Source of the DNA: an uncultured Gammaproteobacteria bacterium
GTDB lineage: Bacteria > Pseudomonadota > Gammaproteobacteria > Steroidobacterales > Steroidobacteraceae
Length of the DNA stretch: 64,000 nucleotides
Direction of reading: 5' to 3'
Assembly (NCBI GenBank): GCA_963707765.1
Contig: CAVPQZ010000001.1
Location: 1,346,689-1,410,688 of the forward strand
The position numbers and the translations under genes were made by a program. Positions 55,882 through 64,000 of the stretch are shown here, in pieces. The notes below the pieces were generated by a model. The model was not told the origin of the DNA, did no database searches, and saw only the letters and a list, made by a program, of their open reading frames with translations. The stretch's first letter is position 1; each line of letters starts with the position of its first letter.

Positions 55882-57915
55882 ATGAAATTCATCGCAACCA
55901 TCCTCGCCGCGCTGGCCTGCATGTCGGCCGCAGCTCAAGCGCCGGTGGCCGACCTCGCCGTCCCCCCGCCCGAGGCCCGGCATTTCACCATCGTGTCGTC
56001 GGCGGGAAAACACGGCGATTCCGTGCGCTGGACCACCCCGGCGGGTGTCCGCATGGGCCGCGAGAGCATGAATCTGCGCGGCCAAATTTTCGAGCTGGAC
56101 AGCGCCGCGCATCTGGGCAGGGACGGCATGTTCGATGCCGTGCAAGTGCGCGGCTTCACGCCCAACGGCGATGCCGCAGAGCAGTTCAGCCTCGCCGACG
56201 GCAAGGCCGCGTGGAAGAGTCCGGTCGACGAAGGCTCCGCCCAATATGCCGCGCCGGCCATGTATGCACCCTTCGGCGGACCCATGGATTTGACGGCGCA
56301 CCTGGTCGAGAGGCTCGTCGCCGCGCCGGGTAAGACCTTGAAGCTGCTGCCGGGCGGCGAATTGCGGGCGGAGTTGCTCACCACGGTGGCGCTCGGGAAC
56401 GGCGCATCGAGGCAGCGGGTCACCGCCTATGCCGTCACGGGCCTCGCGAATACGCCGGTTCCGGTCTGGGTGGACGGGCAGGGTCGATTCTTTGCCTTGG
56501 TCGGGAGCCTTTCCTGGATGCCCGACGATCAGACCAATGCGCGGCCGTTGCTGCAAAAGGCTCAGGACGAAGCGCTGGCCAGGCGGTCGCCGGGCATCCT
56601 CAAGTCGCTGCTGAAATCTCCGTCCGGGCCGGTGGCGTTCACGCACGTGCGCGCATTCGTCGACGGCGATCGTTTTGTCGACGACGAGACGGTGATCGTC
56701 GACCACGGATTGATTGCCAGCGTCGAGCCGAGTGCCGGCGCCACCGTCCCGAAGGGAGCCCGGATCATCGACGGGGCGGGCAAGACGCTCGTGCCCGGCC
56801 TGTGGGATTCGCACATGCATTTCGGCGACGATGCGAGCGGGCCGATGCTGCTTTCGCTGGGCATCACCTCCGCCCGCGATCCGGGCAACGTCAACGAACT
56901 CACCATGTCGCGGGCCCTGCGCCGCGCCGCCAATGAACTGCTCATGCCCCATGTCTATCCCTCCGTGCTGATCGACGGCAAAGGGCCTCGTACCGCCCAG
57001 GCGGCGAGCGTCGCGACCTCCCTGCCCGAGGCGCTCGCCATCGTACGAAAAGCCAAGGCCGACGGCTTCGTGGCCATCAAGATCTACGGCACGTTCAATC
57101 CCGAATGGCTGCCCGCGACGATCGCCGAGGCCCACCGGCTGGGCCTGCACGTGCACGGGCATTTGCCGGCCGGCGTGCGGCCCATGCAGGCCATCGAAGC
57201 GGGCTACGACGAGATCACCCACATCAATTTCGTCATGATGCAGGCGATGCCCGATGCGGTGGTCGCGCAATCCAACGGCATCGCGCGATTCGAGGGACCC
57301 GGTCGGTATGCCAAGGATGTCGATCTGGACGCGGAGCCGATGAAATCGCTGATCGCGACCATGGCCCGACGCAAGATCACCGTCGACCCGACGCTGGTCG
57401 TGTACGAGGGCCTGTTCGTGCCGGAGAACGGCGACCTATCCCCCGCCTACGCGCCCTACGTGGGGACCCTGCCGCCGGCCGTCGAACGCGGGTTCCGCCA
57501 GGGCGGATTCTCGGTGCCGCCCGACTTGACCCGGGCTGACTACCGCCGCAGCTTCGCGAAGCTCGCCGACCTGGTGGGGGCCCTGCATCGCGCGGGCGTG
57601 CCCATCGTCGCCGGCACCGATGGAACGGGCCTCGAGCTGGTGCGCGAACTCGAATTGTACGTGGCGGCCGGTTTCACGACGTCGGAGGCGCTGGCAAGCG
57701 CCACCCTGGCTCCGGCCCGGCTGATAGGGGTCGACGCCCGCACCGGGTCGATCGCGCCCGGCAAGATTGCGGATCTGGTGCTGGTCGACGGAGACCCGGA
57801 ACGAGCCATCGGAGACCTGCGGCACACCCGCATCGTGGTGATGGACGGCAAGTTCATGGACGCCGATGCCTTGCGCAGCGCCGGCGGCTTTGCCGGCCGG
57901 CCCACCGCAAACTGA
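55882..57915 (+). CDS. secreted amidohydrolase family protein
   Basis: Signal peptide (MKFIATILAALACMSAAAQA). TLVPGLWDSHMHF (HxH metal site), ..HVHGHL.., EITHINF, IVAGTDG. Confidence 0.8.
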   Translation: MKFIATILAALACMSAAAQAPVADLAVPPPEARHFTIVSSAGKHGDSVRWTTPAGVRMGRESMNLRGQIFELDSAAHLGRDGMFDAVQVRGFTPNGDAAEQFSLADGKAAWKSPVDEGSAQYAAPAMYAPFGGPMDLTAHLVERLVAAPGKTLKLLPGGELRAELLTTVALGNGASRQRVTAYAVTGLANTPVPVWVDGQGRFFALVGSLSWMPDDQTNARPLLQKAQDEALARRSPGILKSLLKSPSGPVAFTHVRAFVDGDRFVDDETVIVDHGLIASVEPSAGATVPKGARIIDGAGKTLVPGLWDSHMHFGDDASGPMLLSLGITSARDPGNVNELTMSRALRRAANELLMPHVYPSVLIDGKGPRTAQAASVATSLPEALAIVRKAKADGFVAIKIYGTFNPEWLPATIAEAHRLGLHVHGHLPAGVRPMQAIEAGYDEITHINFVMMQAMPDAVVAQSNGIARFEGPGRYAKDVDLDAEPMKSLIATMARRKITVDPTLVVYEGLFVPENGDLSPAYAPYVGTLPPAVERGFRQGGFSVPPDLTRADYRRSFAKLADLVGALHRAGVPIVAGTDGTGLELVRELELYVAAGFTTSEALASATLAPARLIGVDARTGSIAPGKIADLVLVDGDPERAIGDLRHTRIVVMDGKFMDADALRSAGGFAGRPTAN

Positions 57916-57921
57916 GCCACC

Positions 57922-60258
57922 TCAGGCGTTGCCCGGATCCGGCCCCGATGGCGTCTTGTCATGGGACCGATTGGCCTCGACCACGGTGATCGCCGTCATG
58001 TTGACGATGCGGCGCACCGTGGCCGCCGGCGTCAGGATGTGGGCGGGCGCCGCGCATCCGAGCAGAATGGGACCGATGGCCACGTTCTGCCCGGCGGCAG
58101 ACTTCAGCAGGTTGTAGGCGATGTTGGCGCTGTCCAGGTTCGGGCACACCAGCAGATTGGCGCTGCCGTGCAGCGTGCTGCCGGCCAGGACGGCGCTGCG
58201 CATCCCCTCGTCCAGTGCGGCGTCGCCGTGCATCTCGCCGTCCACCTCGAGGTCCGGGCGGCGTTCGTGCAGGATTCGCAGCGCCGCCCGCATCTTCATC
58301 GCGGACGGCGCCTTGCTGCTGCCGAAATTCGAATGCGACAGGAGCGCCACCTTCGGCACGAGGCCGAAAGCGCATAGTTGGTGCGCCGCCAGTTCCACGA
58401 TCTCGGCCAGCTCCTCCGCGGTCGGCTCCAGATTGACGTGTGTGTCGACGATGAATACGTGCCGCCCCGGCAGAACGAGCCCGCTCATGGCCCCGTAGAC
58501 GCGGGCACCGGCGCGGCGGCCGATGACCTGGTCGAGATAGTACAGGTGGCGAGCCGTGGTGCTGATGGTGCCGCAGATCAGTCCGTCCGCCTCGCCTTTC
58601 CGCAGCAGCATCGAGGCGATCAGGGTCGTCCTGCGGCGCATCTCGAGCTTCGCGTATTGCGCGGTGACGCCGTCGCGGGCCGTGATCCGATGGTACTCCT
58701 GCCAGTATTCGCGATATCTCGAGTCTTGCTCGGGATTCACCACCGTCAAATGCTCACCGACGCGTATCCGCAGCCCATGGCGCTTGATGGCGCGCTCGAT
58801 CACCACCGGACGGCCGACGAGAATCGGGGTCGCCAGTCGGTCGTCCACCACGATCTGTGCGGCCCGCAGCACCCGCTCGTCCTCTCCCTCGGCGTACACG
58901 ATCCGGCTCCGCGCCGGCGTCGCGGTCCGCGCGGCCGAGAAGATCGGCTGCATGAGCGCGCCGCTGTGATAGACGAACTGCTGCAAATGCTGGACATAGG
59001 CGTCCAGATCGGCGATGGGCCTCGTCGCCACGCCCGAGTCCATCGCAGCCTTGGCGACCGCAGGCGCGACCTTCACGATGAGCCGCGGGTCGAAGGGTCG
59101 GGGGATGAGGTACTCCGGCCCGAATGCCAGGTCCTCGGAGCCGCCGTAGGCGGCCGCCGCGACGTCGCTCTGCTCCTGGCGGGCCAGCTCCGCCAACGCG
59201 TGCACCGCGGCGATTTCCATGGGCCGGGTGATCGTGGTGGCGCCCACGTCCAGCGCGCCGCGGAATATGAACGGGAAGCACAGCACGTTGTTCACCTGAT
59301 TCGGATAATCGCTGCGCCCGGTGGCGATCACGGCATCGCCGCGCACCGCCCTGACTTCGTCAGGCAATATCTCGGGCGTCGGGTTGGCCAGCGCGAATAT
59401 CAGGGGTCTCGCCGCCATGCGCAGGACCATGTCCGGCTTCAGCACGCCGCCGGCCGACAAGCCCAGAAACACGTCGGCGCCGCCGATGATGTCGTGCAAG
59501 GTCCGGGCATCGGTTGGCTGCGCAAACCGGCTCTTGTCGGGATCCATCAATTCCTGCCGCCCGACGTAGACCACGCCCACGATGTCGGCGAGCCAGACGC
59601 TCTCGCGGGGAAGCCCCAGGTCGACCAACAGGTCGACGCACGCCAGGGCGGCGGCTCCGGCGCCGCTCACCACCAGCTTGACCCGCGCGATCTCCTTGCC
59701 CACCACTTGCAGGCCGTTCAGGAATGCGGCTGCGACGATGATGGCGGTCCCGTGCTGGTCGTCGTGGAACACCGGAATTTTCATGCGCCGGCGCAAGGCG
59801 CGCTCCACGATGAAGCACTCGGGCGCCTTGATGTCCTCGAGATTGATGGCGCCGAACGTGGGCTCGAGCGCGGCGATCACCTCCACCAGCTTCAGGGGAT
59901 CGCGCTGATCGATCTCGATGTCGAACACGTCGATTCCGGCAAATTTCTTGAAGAGGACCGCCTTGCCCTCCATCACGGGCTTGCCCGCGAGCGGGCCGAT
60001 GGCGCCCAGCCCGAGCACAGCCGTGCCGTTCGTGATCACCCCCACGAGATTGCCGCGGGCAGTGAAGCGAAACACGTCCAGCGGGTTCTCGACGATGGCG
60101 TTGCACGCGGCGGCGACGCCGGGTGAATATGCCAGCGCGAGATCGCTCTGCCCGCTCAACGGCTTCGTCGGAGTGACCGACACCTTGCCGGGCGTCGGAA
60201 ACTCGTGATAATCGAGCGCGGCCTGCTTTCGGTCCTCCTTCAGGTCGGGGTTGCTCAT
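57922..60258 (-). CDS. maeB: NADP-dependent malic enzyme (malic enzyme + phosphate-acetyltransferase-like domain)
   Basis: [56 protein letters not shown], plus the C-terminal PTA-like half. 778 aa. Confidence 0.95.
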   Translation of the reverse strand: MSNPDLKEDRKQAALDYHEFPTPGKVSVTPTKPLSGQSDLALAYSPGVAAACNAIVENPLDVFRFTARGNLVGVITNGTAVLGLGAIGPLAGKPVMEGKAVLFKKFAGIDVFDIEIDQRDPLKLVEVIAALEPTFGAINLEDIKAPECFIVERALRRRMKIPVFHDDQHGTAIIVAAAFLNGLQVVGKEIARVKLVVSGAGAAALACVDLLVDLGLPRESVWLADIVGVVYVGRQELMDPDKSRFAQPTDARTLHDIIGGADVFLGLSAGGVLKPDMVLRMAARPLIFALANPTPEILPDEVRAVRGDAVIATGRSDYPNQVNNVLCFPFIFRGALDVGATTITRPMEIAAVHALAELARQEQSDVAAAAYGGSEDLAFGPEYLIPRPFDPRLIVKVAPAVAKAAMDSGVATRPIADLDAYVQHLQQFVYHSGALMQPIFSAARTATPARSRIVYAEGEDERVLRAAQIVVDDRLATPILVGRPVVIERAIKRHGLRIRVGEHLTVVNPEQDSRYREYWQEYHRITARDGVTAQYAKLEMRRRTTLIASMLLRKGEADGLICGTISTTARHLYYLDQVIGRRAGARVYGAMSGLVLPGRHVFIVDTHVNLEPTAEELAEIVELAAHQLCAFGLVPKVALLSHSNFGSSKAPSAMKMRAALRILHERRPDLEVDGEMHGDAALDEGMRSAVLAGSTLHGSANLLVCPNLDSANIAYNLLKSAAGQNVAIGPILLGCAAPAHILTPAATVRRIVNMTAITVVEANRSHDKTPSGPDPGNA

Positions 60259-60680
60259 GCGGCCAGCAGGCCCGCGGCCTCGATGCCCGCCTTGCAGATG
60301 GCTTCGTCCTCATCCCCGGATCCGCCGCTGGCGCCCACGGCGCCCAGAATCTCACCGGCGGAATTCTTGATGAGCAAGGCCCCCGTGTGCGCGATGAACC
60401 TGCCCTGTGAAATCGCAGGCAGGCTGTTGTAGAAATTGGCGTTGTCGCGGGCGCGCTCACCCAGGGCCCGGCTGTTCGCGCCCATGCTGACCGACGCCCA
60501 TGCCTTGGCGCTCGCGATGTCGACGCGGAACGGGGTGGCCCCATCCTCGCGCTGCAGCGCCCGCACGTGGCCCGCCGCATCCAGGACCACGACAGCCATG
60601 GCGCGATAGTTGCGCTGGCGGGCGAGGTTGAGCGCGGCTTCGATGATTTGGTTGGCTTGTTTGAGCGATAAGGGGTCCAT
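60255..60680 (-). CDS. GlcG/HbpS-like heme-binding protein (DUF336)
   Basis: AVVVLDAAGHVRALQREDGA..IASAKAWASV and GAVGASGGSGDEDEAICKAG. Its stop overlaps the maeB start (ATGA). Confidence 0.8.
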   Translation of the reverse strand: MDPLSLKQANQIIEAALNLARQRNYRAMAVVVLDAAGHVRALQREDGATPFRVDIASAKAWASVSMGANSRALGERARDNANFYNSLPAISQGRFIAHTGALLIKNSAGEILGAVGASGGSGDEDEAICKAGIEAAGLLAA

Positions 60681-60787
60681 GACGATCTCGAGAATGGCTG
60701 CGAGCGGCAAAATGCGCCTGGTAGGGCGCCTGGAGCCACCTTGTATCATGTGATAGATTTTCGTGCCATGACACCCAGGCGCGCTAA

Positions 60788-61933
60788 GTGACCGGCTCGT
60801 CCGGCGTTCTCATCATCGGCGGCGGGATCGCGGGCGCGGCGGCGGCCTATGAAATCGCGGCGTTCTCGACGGTGACGCTCCTCGAGCGCGAACCTCACTG
60901 CGGCTATCATTCCACCGGACGTTCGGCCGCAAGTTTCACGGAGAATTACGGCAATCGCGTGATTCGGCGTCTTGCGATGGCGAGCCGCGCGTTCCTGGAT
61001 TCTCCCCCCGCGGGATTTTGCGAGCATGCGCTCCTGTCGCCGCGCGGGCTGCTCACCATTGCGCGCACCGACCAGTTGGGGATTCTGGACGAGCAATTGG
61101 CGGTCGCCAGCGCACTGGTTCCCTCGATTGTCCGAGTCACGCCCGGGACCGCCATCGCGCGGGCCCCGATTCTGCGGCCCGACTACGTCGCAGGGGCGAT
61201 CTACGAACCCCACTCCATGGACCTCGATGTGAGCGGCTTGCATCAGGGATTCCTGCGCGGCGCCAAGGCGCGCGGTGCCGTCATCCGAGTCGATTCCGAG
61301 GCGCTGGCCGTTGCACGCAAAAACGGCCAATGGATCGTCGAGACGCGCACCGGCGCCTATCAGGCACCGGTCATCGTGAACGCTGCGGGCGCTTGGGCCG
61401 ACACGGTGGCGTCCATGGCCGGCATCGCGCCCCTGGGGCTGGTGCCGAAGAGGCGCACGGCCTTCCTCTTGCCCGCGCCATCGGGCGTGGACATCCGCGC
61501 ATGGCCCATGGTGGGCGACGCCGGCGAGGAGTTCTATTTCAAGCCCGAGGCCGGACAAATACTCGCCTCGCCGGAGGACGCAACGCCCACGCCTCCCGTC
61601 GATGCCCAACCCGACGACTTGGACGTGGCAACCGGCGTCGACCGGTTCGAGCGCGCCACCACGGTCAATGTGACCCGGGTGTCGCGCGCCTGGGCCGGTC
61701 TGCGCACCTTCGCCCGCGACTCATCGCCAGTGGTCGGCGCCGAGGACAGCGCCGAAGGATTCGTCTGGCTCGCGGGCCAGGGCGGCTACGGCATCAAGAC
61801 TTCGCCCGCCCTTTCCCGCGCCTGCGCGTCGCTCCTGCGGGGCCAACCGCTGCCGGATGATCTCCTGCGGCTCGGCATCACCGCAGAAGAACTGTCCCCG
61901 AAGCGGCTCCGCCGGCTTTCGAATGAGAGCTGA
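60788..61933 (+). CDS. FAD-dependent oxidoreductase (DAO family)
   Basis: The GTG start gives VLIIGGGIAGAAAAYEIA (a Rossmann GxGxxG), ..NAAGAWAD.., and GQGGYGIKTSPA. Confidence 0.8.
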   Translation: MTGSSGVLIIGGGIAGAAAAYEIAAFSTVTLLEREPHCGYHSTGRSAASFTENYGNRVIRRLAMASRAFLDSPPAGFCEHALLSPRGLLTIARTDQLGILDEQLAVASALVPSIVRVTPGTAIARAPILRPDYVAGAIYEPHSMDLDVSGLHQGFLRGAKARGAVIRVDSEALAVARKNGQWIVETRTGAYQAPVIVNAAGAWADTVASMAGIAPLGLVPKRRTAFLLPAPSGVDIRAWPMVGDAGEEFYFKPEAGQILASPEDATPTPPVDAQPDDLDVATGVDRFERATTVNVTRVSRAWAGLRTFARDSSPVVGAEDSAEGFVWLAGQGGYGIKTSPALSRACASLLRGQPLPDDLLRLGITAEELSPKRLRRLSNES

Positions 61934-61956
61934 GCCGCACGGCGCGCTTGCCTTCA

Positions 61957-62136
61957 TCAGCGGCAGTATTGCCCGTTCTCCGAGCACGGATGCCAGACGC
62001 CGCCGTACCAATACCGATTGTGGTCGCGGTCCCAATATCCGTCATGGTATCTCACCGGCGTCACGATGCAGCCGGAGGCGCTTGCGAGAAATGACAGCAA
62101 GAGCGCGTAACCGGTCCAACGAACGTTTGTCTTCAT
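61957..62136 (-). CDS. 59-aa putative lipoprotein, Trp/Tyr/His-rich
   Basis: MKTNVRWTGYALLLSFLASASGCIVTPVRYHDGYWDRDHNRYWYGGVWHPC has a lipobox (SGC). It uses the internal ATG of the 102-aa ORF. Confidence 0.45.
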   Translation of the reverse strand: MKTNVRWTGYALLLSFLASASGCIVTPVRYHDGYWDRDHNRYWYGGVWHPCSENGQYCR

Positions 62137-62269
62137 GCGCCTCTCCGTTGCGGGAATGGTCTGTTCTCGGAGGCGCAGTCTAGGAAATTGCCCGGCGAAA
62201 AACTGTCGGCTGGCAGCAAGCGTGCCCGTAAGGGCGCTCCTACGCCGCCCGCCCCCGCGATCCACGAAC

Positions 62270-63421
62270 TCAGTTTCCCGTGCGAAAGCGCGTCCATTCG
62301 CGGGTCACCAGGCGCGAATAGTCCAGGGGCACGGCCTTCGGGCTGACGAGCCTCGCGCGGGTCGCTTTGCTGGGATAGATGGCTTCGTCGCTCTGGATCG
62401 ACGGCAGAACCAGGGGCCAGGAGCCGGTGTAGCCGTTGGGGTAGTGAATGTAGTTCGTGATCGACGCCATGACGTCGGGGCGCATCAGGTAGTTCATCCA
62501 AATTTGAGCATTTCGCGGATGCGGCGCGTCGGCGGGAATGGCCATCATGTCGACGGTCATGACCGCGCCCTCGCGGGGCACGAGATAGACGATGTTCACG
62601 CCGGTCTTCGCCTCGCCGGCGCGGCTGCGCGCCTGTTCGATGTCGCCGGACCACGCCAGCACCACGCAGATGCTGTTGTTGGCAAGATCCGGAATGTATT
62701 GCGCCGGGTCGATATAGCGGATGAAAGGCCGGATTCTCTGCAGCGCTTCCGAGGCGGCGGCGACGTCCGCCGGATCGAAGCGGTTCGGGTCACGCCCCAG
62801 GGCCAGCATGGCGGATTGAAATACGTCCATTTCCGAATCGACGATGGCGATGCCGCAGTCCTTTAGCTTGGCGGCATTGGCCGGATCGAAGAGCAGAGCC
62901 CAGCCGTCCGGTATGGCGGCGCCCAGGCGTGCGCGCACTTGATCGACGTTGTAGCCGATACCCGTGCTGGTGAACATGTACGGGATCGCGTACTGATTGC
63001 CCGGATCGTGCACGGCCAAGCGGCGCATGATGTCGGGATCGGCGTTCGCGAGATTCGGCAGCGCGGCCTTGTCCAGCTTCCGGTAAATGCCCGCCAGCCG
63101 CTGCCGCTCGAAGAAAGCCCCCGTCGGCAGCACCACGTCGTAGTTCGAATGGCCCGTGAGCAGCTTCGTTTCCAGCACCTCGTTGTTGTCGTACATGTCG
63201 AACCGGACCTTGATGCCGGTCTCCTTCTCGAAATTCGGCACCGTGTCCGGCGCGATGTAGTCGAGCCAGGAATACACGTTCACCACCCTCTCTTCCGCGG
63301 ACTCTGCGGAGGCGGCGTTCTGCGCGGCGGCGGGAGCTTGTCCCGGCGGCCTGCCGCCGCACGCGGCCAGCCCCAATGCCAGCACCAGCAGGGGAAGACG
63401 CCGAAATCTGCATCTGGTCAT
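62270..63421 (-). CDS. polyamine (putrescine/spermidine) ABC transporter substrate-binding protein, PotF/PotD-like
   Basis: Lipoprotein-type signal (LLVLALGLAACG). VVNVYSWLDYIAPDTVPNFEKETGIKV, AIPYMFTSTGIGYN, IPADAPHPRNAQIWMNYLMRPDV. Confidence 0.85.
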   Translation of the reverse strand: MTRCRFRRLPLLVLALGLAACGGRPPGQAPAAAQNAASAESAEERVVNVYSWLDYIAPDTVPNFEKETGIKVRFDMYDNNEVLETKLLTGHSNYDVVLPTGAFFERQRLAGIYRKLDKAALPNLANADPDIMRRLAVHDPGNQYAIPYMFTSTGIGYNVDQVRARLGAAIPDGWALLFDPANAAKLKDCGIAIVDSEMDVFQSAMLALGRDPNRFDPADVAAASEALQRIRPFIRYIDPAQYIPDLANNSICVVLAWSGDIEQARSRAGEAKTGVNIVYLVPREGAVMTVDMMAIPADAPHPRNAQIWMNYLMRPDVMASITNYIHYPNGYTGSWPLVLPSIQSDEAIYPSKATRARLVSPKAVPLDYSRLVTREWTRFRTGN

Positions 63422-63546
63422 AGTCACTTCCCGAAGCACCCCGGCCGCCGGGGTCCTGCGCCAAGACATAGGCTTTTGGGTTCACGGCCAAGACCCGGGT
63501 ATATTACGTCCGTTCTCCCTGGATCTGTTCATCGACGTCGTTCAGG

Positions 63547-64000
63547 ATGCTCATGCGGCATACGTTCCTGGTTTCGAACTTGGTTCTGGCCACGATGTGC
63601 GTCCCGGCGCACGCCACGGACTGCGGCGGGCTGTCGCACCTCAAATTCGGGCATGTGACCGTCACCGCCGCGCAGCCGCTCGCCGCCGGCTCGCCCATCT
63701 CGGCGGGCGGCGAGGAGATCGGCGCTGCGAAGTCCGACTACTGCCGCGTCCAGGGCACCTCGAAGCCCACTGCGGATTCCGACATTCGCTTCGAGTTGTG
63801 GGTGCCTTCCGGCGCCGCCTGGAACGGTAAATTCGAGCAGGTGGGCAATGGCGGGTTTGCAGGCTCCCTTCCCTACCGCTCCATGACACGGGGTTTGTCG
63901 CTCGGCTACGCGGTTGCGGGCACCGACGACGGCCATGAGTCCGGACAAGGGATCGACGCGAGCTGGGCGCTCAATCACCCAGAGAAGGTCAAGGACTACG
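63547..64000 (+). CDS. tannase/feruloyl-esterase family alpha/beta hydrolase (3' end outside the window)
   Basis: The frame is open from ATG 63547 to the window end. Signal peptide (MLMRHTFLVSNLVLATMCVPAHA), then CRVQGTSKPTADSDIRFELWVPSGAAWNGKFEQVGNGGFAGS..GYAVAGTDDGH. Not in the ORF track because no stop is reached. Confidence 0.75.
   Translation, partial: MLMRHTFLVSNLVLATMCVPAHATDCGGLSHLKFGHVTVTAAQPLAAGSPISAGGEEIGAAKSDYCRVQGTSKPTADSDIRFELWVPSGAAWNGKFEQVGNGGFAGSLPYRSMTRGLSLGYAVAGTDDGHESGQGIDASWALNHPEKVKDY

Noticed and set aside
54859-57270. Very long ORFs antisense to, or out of frame with, confidently assigned genes. Examples: 54859-57270(-) 803 aa; 58378-60126(+) 582 aa; 59360-60739(-) 459 aa; 48921-50231(-) 436 aa; 6004-7092(-) 362 aa; 25243-26343(-) 366 aa; 39159-40217(+) 352 aa; 33484-34356(-) 290 aa; 60746-61609(-) 287 aa; 42164-43042(+) 292 aa.
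   Set aside because: Their composition is Arg/Gly/Pro/Ala-heavy with no recognisable motifs. Each lies opposite a gene with clear family signatures (amidohydrolase, S10 peptidase, MaeB, Fe-S oxidoreductase, S53 peptidase, transposase, TPR-GT9, kinase, DAO, Fpr). These are typical shadow ORFs of high-GC DNA.
1-64000. CRISPR arrays, rRNA and tRNA genes, and prophage structural genes.
   Set aside because: No regularly spaced direct repeats, no rRNA-like or cloverleaf-like segments, and no phage capsid, tail or terminase signatures were seen on reading both strands. tRNA absence is by eye only and should be confirmed with tRNAscan-SE.

Overview
This is a 64 kb window of high-GC (visually about 60-65%) proteobacterial-type chromosome. 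All calls come from reading the sequence and the ORF track by eye; no searches or computations were run.

Ordinary housekeeping and redox genes dominate the right half:
- Fe-superoxide dismutase, thioredoxin 2, ferredoxin-NADP reductase and NADP-malic enzyme
- a rubrerythrin / Fe-S oxidoreductase / DUF3501 triad
- a polyamine-binding protein and several peptidases

The left and middle parts are rich in small general-stress-type genes: CsbD x2, BON, DUF4398/OmpA, GlsB, lmo0937-like, YflT-like, PRC-barrel, STAS and DksA-like.

The same region carries a lot of gene debris:
- a truncated antitoxin
- a frameshifted adhesin-like fragment
- a truncated ferritin-like gene
- a BON pseudogene
- an ISL3 relic
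- a frameshifted aldehyde dehydrogenase

An insertion-sequence hotspot lies at about 22.6-29.9 kb. It contains:
- an intact IS256-family element with an 8-9 bp target duplication
- an ISNCY-type transposase gene with no recognisable right end
- a 2,937-bp IS1595-family element (25221-28157), the most interesting object in the window

The IS1595-family element has 23-bp inverted repeats and a perfect 8-bp target duplication. Beyond its transposase it carries about 1.9 kb of visibly AT-richer cargo with three ORFs: a single-pass membrane protein, a small basic protein and a protein with a HEPN-like RNxxxH motif. I consider this a candidate mobile toxin or abortive-infection-like module of unknown family.

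Other notable items:
- a 1,197-aa internally duplicated TPR + GT9-like glycosyltransferase, next to a GT4 enzyme and an atypical PstS-like secreted protein
- three clustered histidine kinases with no output regulator
- a Ser/Thr kinase with a Calx-beta-like outer domain
- a perfect 20-bp palindrome in front of a TetR gene
- a 40-aa lipoprotein ORF translationally coupled to an orphan sensor kinase
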